64,000 bases of DNA from an uncultured Alphaproteobacteria bacterium (GTDB lineage: Bacteria > Pseudomonadota > Alphaproteobacteria > Rs-D84 > CACZYB01): NCBI GenBank assembly GCA_944390685.1, contig CALXQL010000007.1, forward strand, positions 14,507 to 78,506, read 5' to 3'. Within the stretch, counting starts at the first letter, position 1; every line of letters begins with the position of its first letter. A model generated the notes under the pieces. The model did no database searches and was not told the DNA's origin. It worked only from the letters and a program-made list of their open reading frames with translations. A program made the translations under genes and the position numbers. Below are positions 28,580-40,357 of the stretch, piece after piece.

Positions 28580-29413
28580 ATGGCTTTAAAATTATTCAAT
28601 CCAACTACTCCTTCCCAAAGACAATTAACTTTGGTAGATAAGAGTGAATTATATAAAGGAAAACCTTTTAAAAAATTAACAGAAGGTAAAAGAAAAACTG
28701 GTGGAAGAAATAACTTTGGACATCAAACTAATAGAAATATTGGTGGCGGTCATAAACAAAGATATAGATTGATTGACTTCAAACGTCAAAAAAGAAATAT
28801 ATTTGCAACTGTTGATAGAATTGAATATGATCCAAATAGAACTGCTTTCATCGCTTTAATTACTTATGAAGATGGTGAAAAAGCTTATATTTTAGCACCT
28901 CAAAGATTGGCTGTTGGTTCAAAGGTTATTGCTGGTGAAAATGTTGATATTCAAGTTGGTAATGCTTTACCTTTGAAAAACATTCCAATGGGTACTATTA
29001 TTCATAATATAGAAGTTAAACCTGGTTTTGGTGGACAACTTGCAAGATCTGCTGGTTGTTATGCTCAATTAGCTGGTAAAGATGCAGGATTCGCACAAAT
29101 TAAATTAAATTCTGGTGAATTAAGACTTGTTAGCGCTGAATGTTATGCAAGTATTGGAGCTGTATCAAATCCAGATCAAAGAAATGTTAACTTGGGTAAA
29201 GCCGGAAGAAATTCTTGGTTAGGTCGTCGTCCACATGTTCGTGGAACTGCCATGAATCCAGTTGATCACCCTCACGGTGGTGGTGAAGGAAGAAACTTTG
29301 GTAAACATCCAGTATCACCAACTGGTGTTCCAACTAAGGGTTATAGAACAAGAAAGAATAAATTTACAGATAAATTTATTTTAAAAAGTAGACATTTAAA
29401 TAAAAAGAAATAA
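28580..29413 (+). CDS. rplB: 50S ribosomal protein L2
   Basis: Conserved L2 (GRNNFGHQT..., HPHGGGEG). Confidence 0.95.
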   Translation: MALKLFNPTTPSQRQLTLVDKSELYKGKPFKKLTEGKRKTGGRNNFGHQTNRNIGGGHKQRYRLIDFKRQKRNIFATVDRIEYDPNRTAFIALITYEDGEKAYILAPQRLAVGSKVIAGENVDIQVGNALPLKNIPMGTIIHNIEVKPGFGGQLARSAGCYAQLAGKDAGFAQIKLNSGELRLVSAECYASIGAVSNPDQRNVNLGKAGRNSWLGRRPHVRGTAMNPVDHPHGGGEGRNFGKHPVSPTGVPTKGYRTRKNKFTDKFILKSRHLNKKK

Positions 29414-29425
29414 GGAAATTAAAAA

Positions 29426-29707
29426 ATGACAAGATCTGTTTGGAAAGGCCCATATATACATCCTTCTTTACTTAAAAAAGTAGAGATGGCAAATGAAAAA
29501 AATGACAGAAAACCAATAAAAACTTGGTCAAGATCTTCAACAATCCTACCACAAATGGTTGGTCTTACTTTCGCTGTTCATAACGGAAATAAATTTGTTC
29601 CAGTTCTTGTATCAGAAGAAATGATTGGCCATAAATTAGGTGAGTTTTCTTTGACAAGAACATATAAAGGTCATAAAAAAGATGCAGATAAAAAGGCTGG
29701 AAAATAA
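29426..29707 (+). CDS. rpsS: 30S ribosomal protein S19
   Basis: Conserved S19. Confidence 0.95.
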   Translation: MTRSVWKGPYIHPSLLKKVEMANEKNDRKPIKTWSRSSTILPQMVGLTFAVHNGNKFVPVLVSEEMIGHKLGEFSLTRTYKGHKKDADKKAGK

Positions 29708-29720
29708 AAAGGATTAAAAA

Positions 29721-30143
29721 ATGGTTGAAAAAAGATATGGAATAAAGGAAAACGAAGCAAGAGCATTTTTAAGAATGGTAAAATGTTCTCCTCAAAAATT
29801 AAATCTTGTAGCCGAATCTATAAGAGGTCTTTCCGTAAATAAGGCAGTTGAACAACTAACTTTTTCAAAGAAAAGGGTTGCTGTTGAGGTTAAAAAATTA
29901 TTACTTTCTGCTATAAGTAATGCTGAACATAATTATAAATTAGATATTGATAAATTATGTGTAAAAGAAGCATATGTTGGTAAAGCACTTGTTATGAAAC
30001 GTTTTCGTGCAAGGGCTCGTGGTCGCGGTGCTGCTATATTAAAACCTTTTTCAAATATGACTATTATAGTCGCTGAAAAATTAGCTCCAAATGTAAAAGA
30101 GAAAAAAGCAAAACCTAATAAGACAAAAAAAGAGGTAAAATAA
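29721..30143 (+). CDS. rplV: 50S ribosomal protein L22 with a K-rich C-terminal tail
   Basis: Conserved core plus an extension. Confidence 0.9.
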   Translation: MVEKRYGIKENEARAFLRMVKCSPQKLNLVAESIRGLSVNKAVEQLTFSKKRVAVEVKKLLLSAISNAEHNYKLDIDKLCVKEAYVGKALVMKRFRARARGRGAAILKPFSNMTIIVAEKLAPNVKEKKAKPNKTKKEVK

Positions 30144-30833
30144 ATGGGACAAAAGGTAAATCCAGTCGGTTTAAGATTAAATATAAATAGAACTTGGGAT
30201 TCAAGATGGTTTGCTGATAAAAATTATTCTGCACAATTACTTGATGATTTAAAAATTCGTAATTATGTTGAAAAAACTTTGAAAAAAGCAAACATAAGTA
30301 AAGTTATAATTGAAAGAGTTGCAAAAAAAGTTAATGTTATTATCTTCTCTTCTCAACCTGGTATGATTATTGGTAAAAAAGGTGCAGATATTGATAATTT
30401 GAAAAAAACATTAACAAAGCTTGCAAAAACTGAAGTTTCTGTTAATATTATGGAAGTAAAAAAACCAGATGTTGACGCTGTTATTTGTGCAAAATCTATT
30501 GCAACACAAATAGAAAGAAGAATTTCTTTCAAAAAAGCTATGAAAAAAGCTGTTCAAAATGCTTTAAGAAGTGGTGCAAAAGGTATAAGAGTAAGTTGTG
30601 CTGGCCGTCTTAATGGAGCTGAAATTGCTCGTGAAGAATGGTATCGTGAAGGACGTGTTCCTCTTCATACATTAAGAGCAGATATTGATTATGGATATGC
30701 AAGAGCCGAAACAACTTATGGTGTAATAGGTGTAAGAGTTTGGATTTACAAAGGTGATGTTGTAAGTAAAGAACTTCTTGCTTCTGATAGAAAAATAAGT
30801 GCAAATACAACAGATAAAGTTGTAGCTAACTAG
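30144..30833 (+). CDS. rpsC: 30S ribosomal protein S3
   Basis: [12 protein letters not shown]..., KH domain. Confidence 0.95.
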   Translation: MGQKVNPVGLRLNINRTWDSRWFADKNYSAQLLDDLKIRNYVEKTLKKANISKVIIERVAKKVNVIIFSSQPGMIIGKKGADIDNLKKTLTKLAKTEVSVNIMEVKKPDVDAVICAKSIATQIERRISFKKAMKKAVQNALRSGAKGIRVSCAGRLNGAEIAREEWYREGRVPLHTLRADIDYGYARAETTYGVIGVRVWIYKGDVVSKELLASDRKISANTTDKVVAN

Positions 30834-30859
30834 TTTAATAAATAAAAGGAAGAACTAAA

Positions 30860-31276
30860 ATGTTAATGCCTAAAAAAACAAAATATAAAAAAGCTCATAA
30901 AGGAAGAATCCACGGCGAATCAAAAGGTGCAACCGATTTGGATTTTGGCTCATTCGGTCTTAAAGCGTTAACTCCTGAACGTGTTACCGCAAGACAAATT
31001 GAAGCTGCTCGTCGTGCTATGACAAGAGCTATGAAACGTCAAGGTCGTGTTTGGATTCGTATTTTCCCTGATGTTCCTGTTTCTAAAAAACCTGCCGAAG
31101 TTCGTATGGGAAAAGGTAAAGGTGCTGTAGAATATTGGGTATGTCGTGTAAAACCTGGACGTGTAATGTTTGAAATTGATGGTGTTTCAGAAGAATTAGC
31201 AAGAGAAGCTTTAACACTTGCTGCTTTCAAACTACCTGTAAAAACAAAATTTATAACTAGAAAAGAAGTAGAATAA
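30860..31276 (+). CDS. rplP: 50S ribosomal protein L16
   Basis: Conserved L16. Confidence 0.95.
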   Translation: MLMPKKTKYKKAHKGRIHGESKGATDLDFGSFGLKALTPERVTARQIEAARRAMTRAMKRQGRVWIRIFPDVPVSKKPAEVRMGKGKGAVEYWVCRVKPGRVMFEIDGVSEELAREALTLAAFKLPVKTKFITRKEVE

Positions 31277-31286
31277 GGGTGAAATT

Positions 31287-31502
31287 ATGAAAGATACAAA
31301 AGATATTTTAAAATTGAAAACTGCTTCAAAAGAAGAAATTTCATCTAAAATTTTAGATTTGAAAAAAGAATTGATGAATTTACGTTTCTCCTTAAATACA
31401 GGTAATTTAAAAGATTCATCAGCAATAAGAAAAACTAAAAAAGCAATTGCAACATTAAAGGGTTTTTTAACTAATAATGTTGATGTTAAAACTAAAAAAT
31501 AA
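31287..31502 (+). CDS. rpmC: 50S ribosomal protein L29
   Basis: Size and position. Confidence 0.85.
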   Translation: MKDTKDILKLKTASKEEISSKILDLKKELMNLRFSLNTGNLKDSSAIRKTKKAIATLKGFLTNNVDVKTKK

Positions 31503-31514
31503 GAGGGTGAAATT

Positions 31515-31751
31515 ATGCCAAGAAGAATACTTGAAGGAAATGTTGTAAGTACTAAAATGGATAAAACCATAGTAGTAGAGGTTGAAAGAAAATATATGCA
31601 TCCTCTCTATAAAAAATTTATAAGAACAACAAAAAAATATCATGCTCATAATGAAGATGCTTCTATTAAAGAGGGTGATAAAGTAAAAATTCGTGAAACT
31701 AAACCAATGTCAAAAACTAAAACTTGGGAAGTTTTCACTGAAAACAAATAA
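31515..31751 (+). CDS. rpsQ: 30S ribosomal protein S17
   Basis: Conserved S17. Confidence 0.9.
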   Translation: MPRRILEGNVVSTKMDKTIVVEVERKYMHPLYKKFIRTTKKYHAHNEDASIKEGDKVKIRETKPMSKTKTWEVFTENK

Positions 31752-31776
31752 TAATAAAGGTGTAAGGAATTAAAAA

Positions 31777-32145
31777 ATGATACAAATGCAATCTATTCTT
31801 GACTCAGCAGATAATAGTGGAGCTAAAAAAGTTCAATGTATTAAAGTGCTTGGTGGCTCTCATATTAGAACTGCAAGTGTTGGCGATATTATTGTTGTTT
31901 CTGTAAAAGAAGCAATGCCAAAAGGTAAAGTTCAAAAAGGTAAAGTTTATAAGGCAGTTATTGTTAGAACTAAAAAAGATATTAAAAGAGCCGATGGAAG
32001 CATTATTCGTTTCGATTCCAACGCCGCTGTGCTTATAAATGCTAATAAAGAACCTATTGGAACCCGTATTTTTGGCCCAGTAGCTCGTGAATTACGTGCA
32101 AAAGATTTTATGAAAATCATTTCTCTTGCACCAGAAGTATTGTAA
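31777..32145 (+). CDS. rplN: 50S ribosomal protein L14
   Basis: MIQMQS... conserved. Confidence 0.95.
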   Translation: MIQMQSILDSADNSGAKKVQCIKVLGGSHIRTASVGDIIVVSVKEAMPKGKVQKGKVYKAVIVRTKKDIKRADGSIIRFDSNAAVLINANKEPIGTRIFGPVARELRAKDFMKIISLAPEVL

Positions 32146-32159
32146 AAAGGAGTGTAATT

Positions 32160-32477
32160 ATGACTAAAATGAAAATTAAAAAAAACGATGATGTTATAGT
32201 TATTGCTGGAAAAGATAAGGGTAAAGTTGGTAAAGTTATTCAAGCAATGCCTAAGGAAAACAAAGTTGTTGTTGCCGGTGTTAATCAAGTAAAAAGACAT
32301 CAAAAGGCTGATGCTATGGGTAATAAAGCTGGTATCATTACAAAAAATTTACCAATAGATGTTTCAAATGTTGCAATTGTTGATCCTAAATCTGGTAAAG
32401 CAACAAAAGTTGGTTTTAAATTAACATCTGATGGTAAAAAAGTAAGATTCGCAAAGAAAAGTGGTGAAACTATATAA
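32160..32477 (+). CDS. rplX: 50S ribosomal protein L24
   Basis: KOW motif [10 protein letters not shown]. Confidence 0.9.
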   Translation: MTKMKIKKNDDVIVIAGKDKGKVGKVIQAMPKENKVVVAGVNQVKRHQKADAMGNKAGIITKNLPIDVSNVAIVDPKSGKATKVGFKLTSDGKKVRFAKKSGETI

Positions 32478-32494
32478 AATAAAAGGTTGAAAAA

Positions 32495-33037
32495 ATGGCA
32501 AGTAGATTAAAAGAATTATATGATACAAAAATTAAAGCTGATTTAAAAAAACAGCTTGGTTATACAAATGAAATGGAAATTCCAAAATTGGAAAAAATCG
32601 TTCTTAATATGGGTGTCGGCGAAGCTGCAACAGATAAGAAAAAACTTGAATCTGCTGTAAAGGATATGACCGCAATTTCCGGACAAAAAGTTGTAATTAC
32701 AAAGGCAAAGAAATCTCTTGCTAACTTCAAATTAAAAGAAGGTATGCAAATAGGTTGTAAAGTTACTTTAAGAAAAGATAGAATGTATGATTTCTTAGAT
32801 AGACTTATAAATGTTGCTATGCCAAGAATTCGTGATTTCAGGGGTCTAAATGGTAAAAGTTTTGATGGAAAAGGTAATTATTCTTTTGGTATAAAAGAAC
32901 AAATTATTTTCCCTGAAATTGATTTTGATAAAATTGATAATATCCGTGGTATGGATATTACAGTATGTACAACCGCTAAAAATGATAAAGATGCAAAGGC
33001 TTTACTTGCTGCCTTTAACTTTCCATTTTATAATTAG
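32495..33037 (+). CDS. rplE: 50S ribosomal protein L5
   Basis: Conserved L5. Confidence 0.95.
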   Translation: MASRLKELYDTKIKADLKKQLGYTNEMEIPKLEKIVLNMGVGEAATDKKKLESAVKDMTAISGQKVVITKAKKSLANFKLKEGMQIGCKVTLRKDRMYDFLDRLINVAMPRIRDFRGLNGKSFDGKGNYSFGIKEQIIFPEIDFDKIDNIRGMDITVCTTAKNDKDAKALLAAFNFPFYN

Positions 33038-33052
33038 AAAGGAATTTATATA

Positions 33053-33358
33053 ATGTCAAAAGTTAGTTTGATTGAAAGAAATAAAAAAAGAATAAGAATG
33101 TCAAAAAGTTTAGCAAATAAAAGACAAAAACTTCTTGATATTGCAAGAGATAGAAATGCTTCTCCTGAAGATATTTTTACAGCAAATCTAAAACTTGCTA
33201 AACTTCCAAGAAATTCTGCACCTATCCGCGTAAGAAATAGATGCGCTTTAAGCGGACGCCCAAGAGGTTATTACAGAAAGTTTGATCTCGGCCGTATTGC
33301 AATAAGGGAACTTGCAAACGAAGGTAAACTTCCAGGTGTAAGAAAGTCAAGTTGGTAA
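33053..33358 (+). CDS. rpsN: 30S ribosomal protein S14 (long form)
   Basis: 101 aa with the C-terminal ...[15 protein letters not shown]. Confidence 0.9.
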   Translation: MSKVSLIERNKKRIRMSKSLANKRQKLLDIARDRNASPEDIFTANLKLAKLPRNSAPIRVRNRCALSGRPRGYYRKFDLGRIAIRELANEGKLPGVRKSSW

Positions 33359-33382
33359 TAACAAAAGAAAAAAGGTAAAAAA

Positions 33383-33781
33383 ATGAGTTTTTCAGATACA
33401 ATTGGAGATATGATAACAAGAATAAGAAATGGTCAAAAAGCAGGATTAGCTTCTGTTTCTTGTCCTGATTCTTTGTTAAGACAAGGTGTTTTAGAAGTTC
33501 TTAAAAATGAAGGTTTTATAAAGGGTTATGAATCTTCTGAAATAAGAAAAGGTGTTAATGAATTAAGAATTGACCTTAAATACTTTGAAGGTGTTGGCGC
33601 AATTAAAGAAATAAAAAGAGTTTCAACACCAGGACGTCGCTCTTATTCAAAAGCAACAGATATACCAAAGGTAAAAAACGGCTTGGGTATCGCAATTCTT
33701 TCAACATCTCAAGGTGTTCTCGCTGATTATGAAGCAAGAAAAAGAAATGTTGGTGGCGAACTTTTATGCTATGTATTCTAA
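33383..33781 (+). CDS. rpsH: 30S ribosomal protein S8
   Basis: Conserved S8. Confidence 0.95.
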   Translation: MSFSDTIGDMITRIRNGQKAGLASVSCPDSLLRQGVLEVLKNEGFIKGYESSEIRKGVNELRIDLKYFEGVGAIKEIKRVSTPGRRSYSKATDIPKVKNGLGIAILSTSQGVLADYEARKRNVGGELLCYVF

Positions 33782-33805
33782 TAAAAATGAAAAAAGGAAA
33801 TTAAA

Positions 33806-34342
33806 ATGTCAAGAGTTGGTAAACATCCAGTAGTAGTACAAGAAGGAGTTTCAGTTGAAATAAAAGATTCTCTTTTTATTGCAAAGGGAAAGTTTGGTGA
33901 GGCATCCGTAAAATTATCACCACTTGTAGATGTAAAAATTGAAGATAAAGAAGTTTCTGTATCACCAAAAGATATGGAAAATAAAAATTCTCGCGTTATG
34001 TGGGGAACAACAAGAGCTTTGATTAACAATGCAGTTATTGGTGCTTCTGTTGGTTTTTCTAAAACTTTGGAATTAAAAGGTGTTGGTTTCAAAGCTGCTT
34101 TAAAGGGAAATACTTTGGATTTGGTTATTGGTTTTTCTCATAATGTTGAATATAAACTTCCAGAAGGAGTAAAAGCTGAAATCATTTCTCCAACCGAAGT
34201 TAAATTATCTTCATCTAATAAAGAATTACTTGGTCTTACAGCATCTGAAATTCGTGCTTTCCGTGCTCCTGAACCTTATAAAGGTAAAGGTATAAGATAT
34301 AAAGATGAATATGTAAGAAGAAAAGAAGGTAAAAAGAAATAA
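33806..34342 (+). CDS. rplF: 50S ribosomal protein L6
   Basis: Conserved L6. Confidence 0.9.
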   Translation: MSRVGKHPVVVQEGVSVEIKDSLFIAKGKFGEASVKLSPLVDVKIEDKEVSVSPKDMENKNSRVMWGTTRALINNAVIGASVGFSKTLELKGVGFKAALKGNTLDLVIGFSHNVEYKLPEGVKAEIISPTEVKLSSSNKELLGLTASEIRAFRAPEPYKGKGIRYKDEYVRRKEGKKK

Positions 34343-34363
34343 TAAATAAAAAGGGTTAAAAAA

Positions 34364-34723
34364 ATGGATAGGCTAACAAAAATATCTTTGAAAAGAAAAG
34401 AAAGAAACAGATGGAATCTTAAAGAAACAAATAAATCTAATAGACCAAGATTATCTGTTTATCGTTCATCAACCCATATTTATGCTCAAATTATTGATGA
34501 CATAAAAGGTGAAACACTTTGTGCTTTTTCAACAAAAAGTAAAGATTTTAAAGGTACAAAGACTTGGAATATACAAGCCGCTGAACAAGTTGGCGAAACA
34601 ATTGCAAAACTTGCACTTGCAAAAAATGTAAAAGATGTCGTTTTTGATCGTGGTGAATATTATTATCATGGTAGAGTAAAGGCATTGGCTGAAAGTGCAA
34701 GAAAAGCAGGACTTAACTTTTAA
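34364..34723 (+). CDS. rplR: 50S ribosomal protein L18
   Basis: Conserved L18. Confidence 0.9.
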   Translation: MDRLTKISLKRKERNRWNLKETNKSNRPRLSVYRSSTHIYAQIIDDIKGETLCAFSTKSKDFKGTKTWNIQAAEQVGETIAKLALAKNVKDVVFDRGEYYYHGRVKALAESARKAGLNF

Positions 34724-34744
34724 TTATATAAATTAGTAGGGAAA

Positions 34745-35329
34745 ATGAAAATGGTAAATCCTAAAACAAAAATAAGAGAAAAAGATGAAGGTTTAGTAGA
34801 TAGACTTATCCATGTTAATCGTGTAACAAAGGTTGTAAAGGGTGGTAAAAACTTCTCCCTTGCTGCTATAGTGGTTGTTGGTGATGGTAAAGGTCGTATA
34901 GGTTATGGAACTGGTAAAGCAAAGGAAGTTCCTGATGCAGTAAGAAAGGCTACCGAACAAGCAAAACGTAATATGATACGTGTTCCTTTAAAGGAAGGAA
35001 GAACTATCCATCACGATATTATTGCTCGTTTTGGTTCTGGTAAAGTTATTCTTCGTTCTGCACCTTCTGGTACAGGTATAATTGCTGGTGGACCTATGCG
35101 TGCAATATTTGAAGTTTTGGGCATCCAAGATATAGTTTCAAAATCACAAGGATCCTCAAATCCTCATAATATGTTAAAGGCAACTTTTAAGGCTTTTGAA
35201 GAATTATCTTCTCCTAAATTAGTTGCAAGTAGAAGAGGACTTAAAATCGGTGAAATAGTTGGCCGTCGCGATTTAAAGGTTGGTGGAAATATTTCTACTG
35301 ATAATGTTAGTGAAGAATCTGAAAGTTAA
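34745..35329 (+). CDS. rpsE: 30S ribosomal protein S5
   Basis: Conserved S5. Confidence 0.95.
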   Translation: MKMVNPKTKIREKDEGLVDRLIHVNRVTKVVKGGKNFSLAAIVVVGDGKGRIGYGTGKAKEVPDAVRKATEQAKRNMIRVPLKEGRTIHHDIIARFGSGKVILRSAPSGTGIIAGGPMRAIFEVLGIQDIVSKSQGSSNPHNMLKATFKAFEELSSPKLVASRRGLKIGEIVGRRDLKVGGNISTDNVSEESES

Positions 35330-35346
35330 ACAAAAGGTGGTTTAAA

Positions 35347-35538
35347 ATGGCAAACGCAAAAAAAACATTGAAAGTAAAACAAGTAGTAAGTGGCTGTGGA
35401 AGAGTTAAATCCCAAATAGATACTTTAAAGGGATTGGGACTTGGTAAAATCGGTCGCGAAAAAGTTTTACTTGATACTCCAGAAATAAGGGGTATGATTA
35501 GAAAAGTATCACATTTAATAAAAGTAATTGAAGAGTAG
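35347..35538 (+). CDS. rpmD: 50S ribosomal protein L30
   Basis: Size and position. Confidence 0.85.
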   Translation: MANAKKTLKVKQVVSGCGRVKSQIDTLKGLGLGKIGREKVLLDTPEIRGMIRKVSHLIKVIEE

Positions 35539-35547
35539 GTATCCAAA

Positions 35548-36096
35548 ATGCAATTAAATACAATAAGAGATAATAAAGGAGCAAGAAAATCACTAACAAG
35601 AGTTGGTCGTGGTATTGGCTCTACAAAGGGAAAAACTGCTGGAAGAGGACATAAAGGTCAAAAATCTCGTTCTGGTGTTGCTATTAAAGGTATTGGTTTT
35701 GAAGGAGGTCAAACACCATTATATAGAAGACTTCCAAAACGTGGTTTTAATAACTATGTTTTCAAAAAACAATTTGCTTTAATCAATTTAGGTGATATTC
35801 AAAACTTAATTGATGCTAAATTGATTAACGATGTTGTAAATGTTGAAACCTTAAAAGCAATCAACTTTATTTCAAATGCAAAAGATGGATTGAAAGTTTT
35901 AGCTTCAGGTGAACTTAAATCTGCTGTAAAAGTAGAAGCAGTTGCATTTTCAAAAAATGCAAAAGAAGCTATTGAAAAAGTTGGTGGTTCTGTTATTTCT
36001 CTTGCAAAGGAAATTACAAAAGGTAAAAAAACAAAGCAAGAAGGAAAAACAAAACAAACAAGAATAGAAAAGAAATTGGCTAATAAAAAGGCTTAA
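35548..36096 (+). CDS. rplO: 50S ribosomal protein L15 with a K-rich C-terminal tail
   Basis: Conserved core plus an extension. Confidence 0.9.
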   Translation: MQLNTIRDNKGARKSLTRVGRGIGSTKGKTAGRGHKGQKSRSGVAIKGIGFEGGQTPLYRRLPKRGFNNYVFKKQFALINLGDIQNLIDAKLINDVVNVETLKAINFISNAKDGLKVLASGELKSAVKVEAVAFSKNAKEAIEKVGGSVISLAKEITKGKKTKQEGKTKQTRIEKKLANKKA

Positions 36097-36110
36097 TGTA
36101 AGGGGTTTTT

Positions 36111-37463
36111 ATGGTTTCATTAGCTGAAAAATTGGCATCAAATATAACATTTGATGATTTCAAAAAATCAACGGATTTAAAGCGTAGAATTTTATTCACG
36201 CTTTTTATCCTTGTTTTATATAGACTTGGTTCTTTTATTCCACTTCCTGGAGTTGATGCTTCAATTGTTAAAGGATTTTTTGATGCTCAATCTGGTAGTG
36301 GTCTTTTAAGTATGTTTGATGTCTTTACTGGTGGTTCTTTATCAAGAATGACAATTTTTGCATTAAACATAATGCCATATATTTCAGCATCTATCATAAT
36401 ATCTTTGATGGCTACTATTACCCCATCTTTAATGGATTTAAAAAAAGAAGGTGAAAGTGGTCGTGAAAAATTAAACCAATATACCCGTTATTTAACCGTT
36501 GCTATATGTATTATACAAGCTTATGGTATAAGTGTTGGACTGGAACATTTGTCCGGAACCGATGGCGTTGCTGCAGTTTCTATTCCTGGTGCATTTTTCA
36601 AATTTTCAACAATAGTAAGTTTGTTGGGTGGCACTATGTTGGTTATGTGGATGGGTGAACAAATTACTTCACATGGTATTGGTCAAGGTTCATCACTTAT
36701 AATATTTATAGGTATTATAGCAAATTTACCATCTGCAATATTTAAAACAATAGAATTGGGAAAAGTTGGTCAAATACAACCTTTGATAATGTTGATAATT
36801 ATAGCATTACTTATAGCTGTTGTATTATTTGTTGTATTTATGGAACAAGCACAAAGAAGAATTTTAATTCATTATCCAAAACAATCTATGATGATGGGTG
36901 GACAAGCAAATTCTTCACATTTACCATTAAAAATTAATACATCAGGAGTTATTCCACCAATTTTTGCTGGTTCATTACTTGCAATTCCAGCAATGTTGAC
37001 ATCATTTATTTCTGACAAATCTCCTGAATGGTTGCAAATGATTGCTGCACAATTAAATCATCAATCTCCAACATATTTTATAATATATGCAGCTTTAATT
37101 GTATTTTTTTCATTTTTCTATACAGCAATACAATTTAATCCAGAAGAAACCGCAGAAAATCTTAAATCATATGGTGGCTTTATTCCAGGTATTCGTCCAG
37201 GTAAAGCAACTGCGGAATATCTTGATTATGTATTAACAAGAATAAATGTAGTTGGTTCAGCATATTTGGTCGCATTATGCTTATTACCTGACTTTTTAAT
37301 AAATAAGTTTGGTGTACCATTTTATCTTGGTGGAACAACATTATTGATTGTATGTAATGTTATAACTGAAACTATGGCACAAATACAATCATATTTAATT
37401 TCTAACCAATACCAAGGTATAATAAAGAACTCAAATAAAATTAAAAGAAGATTTGTGAGATAA
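36111..37463 (+). CDS. secY: Protein translocase subunit SecY
   Basis: 450 aa, 10-TM SecY. Confidence 0.95.
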   Translation: MVSLAEKLASNITFDDFKKSTDLKRRILFTLFILVLYRLGSFIPLPGVDASIVKGFFDAQSGSGLLSMFDVFTGGSLSRMTIFALNIMPYISASIIISLMATITPSLMDLKKEGESGREKLNQYTRYLTVAICIIQAYGISVGLEHLSGTDGVAAVSIPGAFFKFSTIVSLLGGTMLVMWMGEQITSHGIGQGSSLIIFIGIIANLPSAIFKTIELGKVGQIQPLIMLIIIALLIAVVLFVVFMEQAQRRILIHYPKQSMMMGGQANSSHLPLKINTSGVIPPIFAGSLLAIPAMLTSFISDKSPEWLQMIAAQLNHQSPTYFIIYAALIVFFSFFYTAIQFNPEETAENLKSYGGFIPGIRPGKATAEYLDYVLTRINVVGSAYLVALCLLPDFLINKFGVPFYLGGTTLLIVCNVITETMAQIQSYLISNQYQGIIKNSNKIKRRFVR

Positions 37464-37465
37464 AA

Positions 37466-38119
37466 ATGAGTAAATATTTTACATTTATAGGACCAATTGC
37501 AGCAGGTAAAGGTACTCAAGCTGAGATTTTATGCGAAAAATACGGCATGTTGCATCTTTCTACTGGTCAAATTTTTAGAGATGCAATAAATCAAGAAACA
37601 GAATTGGGATTACGTGTAAAAAATTTAATTGAAAATGGATTTTTGGTTCCAGATGCTCTAACAAATGAAATTGTTAAGGAAAAACTCGCAAATATAGATT
37701 TAAAAAAGGGTTTTATACTTGATGGATATCCACGCACAATTAATCAAGTCTATGAATTAAATAAAATATTGAAAATGTTCAATATTTCTTTGACAAATGC
37801 TGTGTTGATTACTGTATCAGAAGAAGAAACAATTCGTAGAATTTCTGGTCGTTTTAGTTGCGCTAAATGTGGACATAATTACCATGATGAATTTAATCGT
37901 CCAAAGGTTGAAGGTGTTTGTGATGCCTGTGGTTCAACCGAATTTACAAGAAGAAAGGATGATAACCCAGAAATTATAAAAACAAGATTAAAACAATACT
38001 TTTCTGAAATCCAACCAATAATTGATTATTATAAGGAAGAGAAATTGTTAATAGAATTAGAAGCTACAGGTCTTTCTGTTCAAGAAGTAACAGAGAAATT
38101 GGAAGGGCTTCTATATTAA
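37466..38119 (+). CDS. adk: Adenylate kinase with a zinc-binding lid
   Basis: P-loop GPIAAGKGTQ. Lid cysteines CAKCG...CDACG. Confidence 0.9.
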   Translation: MSKYFTFIGPIAAGKGTQAEILCEKYGMLHLSTGQIFRDAINQETELGLRVKNLIENGFLVPDALTNEIVKEKLANIDLKKGFILDGYPRTINQVYELNKILKMFNISLTNAVLITVSEEETIRRISGRFSCAKCGHNYHDEFNRPKVEGVCDACGSTEFTRRKDDNPEIIKTRLKQYFSEIQPIIDYYKEEKLLIELEATGLSVQEVTEKLEGLLY

Positions 38120-38126
38120 AAAAATA

Positions 38127-38155
38127 TTGACATATTAAAAAATATGCTTAATATA
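38127..38155 (+). promoter_or_regulatory. Candidate alpha-operon promoter
   Basis: TTGACA (38127-38132), 16-nt spacer, TAATAT, upstream of rpsM. Confidence 0.45.
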
Positions 38156-38216
38156 TATACATCTTTGATGTAAAAAATGAATGAAACAAAAATAAATAAA
38201 AACAAGGAGAACTAAT

Positions 38217-38594
38217 TTGGCTCGTATAGCAGGTGTAAATATTCCCACCGATAAATGTGTTAATATAGCATTAACTTATATATATGGAATTGGTCCAAAA
38301 ACTGCAGATGATATCTGTAAAGCATTAAAAATAAAACCAAGTATTCGTGTTCACGAATTGACAGATGATCAAATATTCAAAATTCGCGAATATATTGATA
38401 AAAACTTCCAAGTTGAAGGTGATAAAAGACGTGAAGTTTCTATGAACATCAAACAACTTCAAGATATGAGATGTTATAGAGGAATCCGTCATACAAAAAA
38501 ACTTCCTGTTCGTGGACAAAGAACAAAAACAAATGCCAGAACAAGAAAAGGTAAAGCAATTCCAGTTGCAGGAAAGAAAAAAGTCACAAAATAA
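38217..38594 (+). CDS. rpsM: 30S ribosomal protein S13 (TTG start)
   Basis: ARIAGVNIP..., RBS AAGGAGA. Confidence 0.9.
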   Translation: MARIAGVNIPTDKCVNIALTYIYGIGPKTADDICKALKIKPSIRVHELTDDQIFKIREYIDKNFQVEGDKRREVSMNIKQLQDMRCYRGIRHTKKLPVRGQRTKTNARTRKGKAIPVAGKKKVTK

Positions 38595-38613
38595 TTAAAG
38601 GGAACAATTAAAA

Positions 38614-39000
38614 ATGGCTGATAATAAAATAGTAAAAAAGAAAGAAAAAAAGAATATAACAAATGGTATAGCATATATTCTTGCTACTTTTAATAATACA
38701 AGAATTACAATAACAGATATGCAAGGAAATGTAATTTCTTGGTCCACTGCTGGTGCAAATAATTTTAATGGTGCAAAAAAATCAACACCTTATGCTGCAC
38801 AAGTAACAGCTGAAAATGCTGGAAGAAAGGCTATGGAAAATGGTATCCGTTATTTAGATGTTAAATTAGAAGGTCCAGGTTCCGGTCGTGAAGCAGCTGT
38901 AAGAACACTACAAACTTTGGGAATTACAATCAATGGAATTACAGATATTACAAAGATTCCACATAATGGTTGTAGAGCGAAAAAACCAAGAAGAGTTTAA
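38614..39000 (+). CDS. rpsK: 30S ribosomal protein S11
   Basis: Conserved S11. Confidence 0.95.
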   Translation: MADNKIVKKKEKKNITNGIAYILATFNNTRITITDMQGNVISWSTAGANNFNGAKKSTPYAAQVTAENAGRKAMENGIRYLDVKLEGPGSGREAAVRTLQTLGITINGITDITKIPHNGCRAKKPRRV

Positions 39001-39037
39001 TTTAAAAATATAAATAAAAAAACAAACGGGGGCAAAA

Positions 39038-40057
39038 TTGATACAACATAATTGGTTAGACTTAATAAAGCCAGAAAAGGTTTTAGTTGAAAAAGAAGAC
39101 GCAAACAAAAATATGGCTGTCCTTGTAGCAGAGCCTCTTGAAAAAGGTTTTGGATTGACCCTTGGCACTGCATTAAGAAGGGTTTTATTATCATCTCTTC
39201 AAGGAACTGCAGTTGTTGGTGTTAAAATTGATGGAGTTTTACACGAATTTGGTTCTATTCCTGGTGTAAAAGAGGATGTAATTGACTTAATTTTAAATAT
39301 AAAACAAATAGTTTTAAAATCATCATCTGAACATCCAAAAAAAATGACATTGAATGTTAAAGGTGCACAAGTTGTAACTGCTGGTATGATTGAAACATCA
39401 AGTGATACCGAAGTTATAAATAAAGATTTTGTTATATGCCACCTTGACGATACTGCAAATTTGAATATAGAATTTTTTGTGGAAAATGGTAAAGGATATA
39501 GAACTGCTGAAGAAAATAAAAAGCCAGATATGCCTATTGGTTATATTCCAGTTGATTCTATTTTCTCACCTGTTTTAAATGTAGCATCAAATGTTGAACA
39601 AGCACGTGTTGGTCAAAAAACAGATTATGATAAACTTATCATGACAATTAAAACAAATGGCGCTGTAAAACCAGAAGATGCCCTTGCTTTGGCAGGTCGT
39701 ATTTTAATTGATCAATTAGGTTTATTTGTTAACTTTGAAGATCCTGAAATTGTTCAAAAAGAAGAAGAGGAAGAAGAACTTCCATTCAATAAAATTCTTC
39801 TTAAAAAGGTTGATGAACTTGAATTATCAGTCAGAGCAAATAATTGCTTGAAAAATGATAATATAGTATATATAGGTGAACTTGTTCAAAAAACAGAAAA
39901 TGATATGTTAAAGACACCAAACTTTGGAAGAAAATCATTGAATGAAATAAAAGAACAATTATCACTTATGGGACTATATCTTGGAATGGATGTTCAAGGA
40001 TGGCCACCAGAAAATATTGAGGAACTTTCAAAGAAATTTGAAAATCCATATAAATAA
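39038..40057 (+). CDS. rpoA: DNA-directed RNA polymerase alpha subunit (TTG start)
   Basis: 339 aa, conserved NTD and CTD. Confidence 0.9.
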   Translation: MIQHNWLDLIKPEKVLVEKEDANKNMAVLVAEPLEKGFGLTLGTALRRVLLSSLQGTAVVGVKIDGVLHEFGSIPGVKEDVIDLILNIKQIVLKSSSEHPKKMTLNVKGAQVVTAGMIETSSDTEVINKDFVICHLDDTANLNIEFFVENGKGYRTAEENKKPDMPIGYIPVDSIFSPVLNVASNVEQARVGQKTDYDKLIMTIKTNGAVKPEDALALAGRILIDQLGLFVNFEDPEIVQKEEEEEELPFNKILLKKVDELELSVRANNCLKNDNIVYIGELVQKTENDMLKTPNFGRKSLNEIKEQLSLMGLYLGMDVQGWPPENIEELSKKFENPYK

Positions 40058-40076
40058 TAAGAAAGGTTAAATCCCA

Positions 40077-40277
40077 ATGGCTGGAAAAGCAAAAAATAAA
40101 GAAAGTTTATGGATAACTGTATTTAAGTTAATATTCGCAAGCATTCTTTTACTTTCCGTAACCAGTGGGACTTTTCTTTTGGGAGATAAAGCCTTAGGTG
40201 CAAGAATGCAATCAGAACGAATTGTTCATACAGCATTGGGTGCCGATTTAATAAAGGAAGATTTCTCAAAAAAATAA
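40077..40277 (+). CDS. Small putative membrane protein, 66 aa, between rpoA and rplQ
   Basis: RBS AAAGG 9 nt upstream. One hydrophobic helix. Confidence 0.3.
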   Translation: MAGKAKNKESLWITVFKLIFASILLLSVTSGTFLLGDKALGARMQSERIVHTALGADLIKEDFSKK

Positions 40278-40357
40278 AATATTATTAGAAGTAATTCGAT
40301 AATATAAAGTTTAATCCGTGTTGCCAGTCAACACTACAACAAAAGAAAGAGGTCAAA

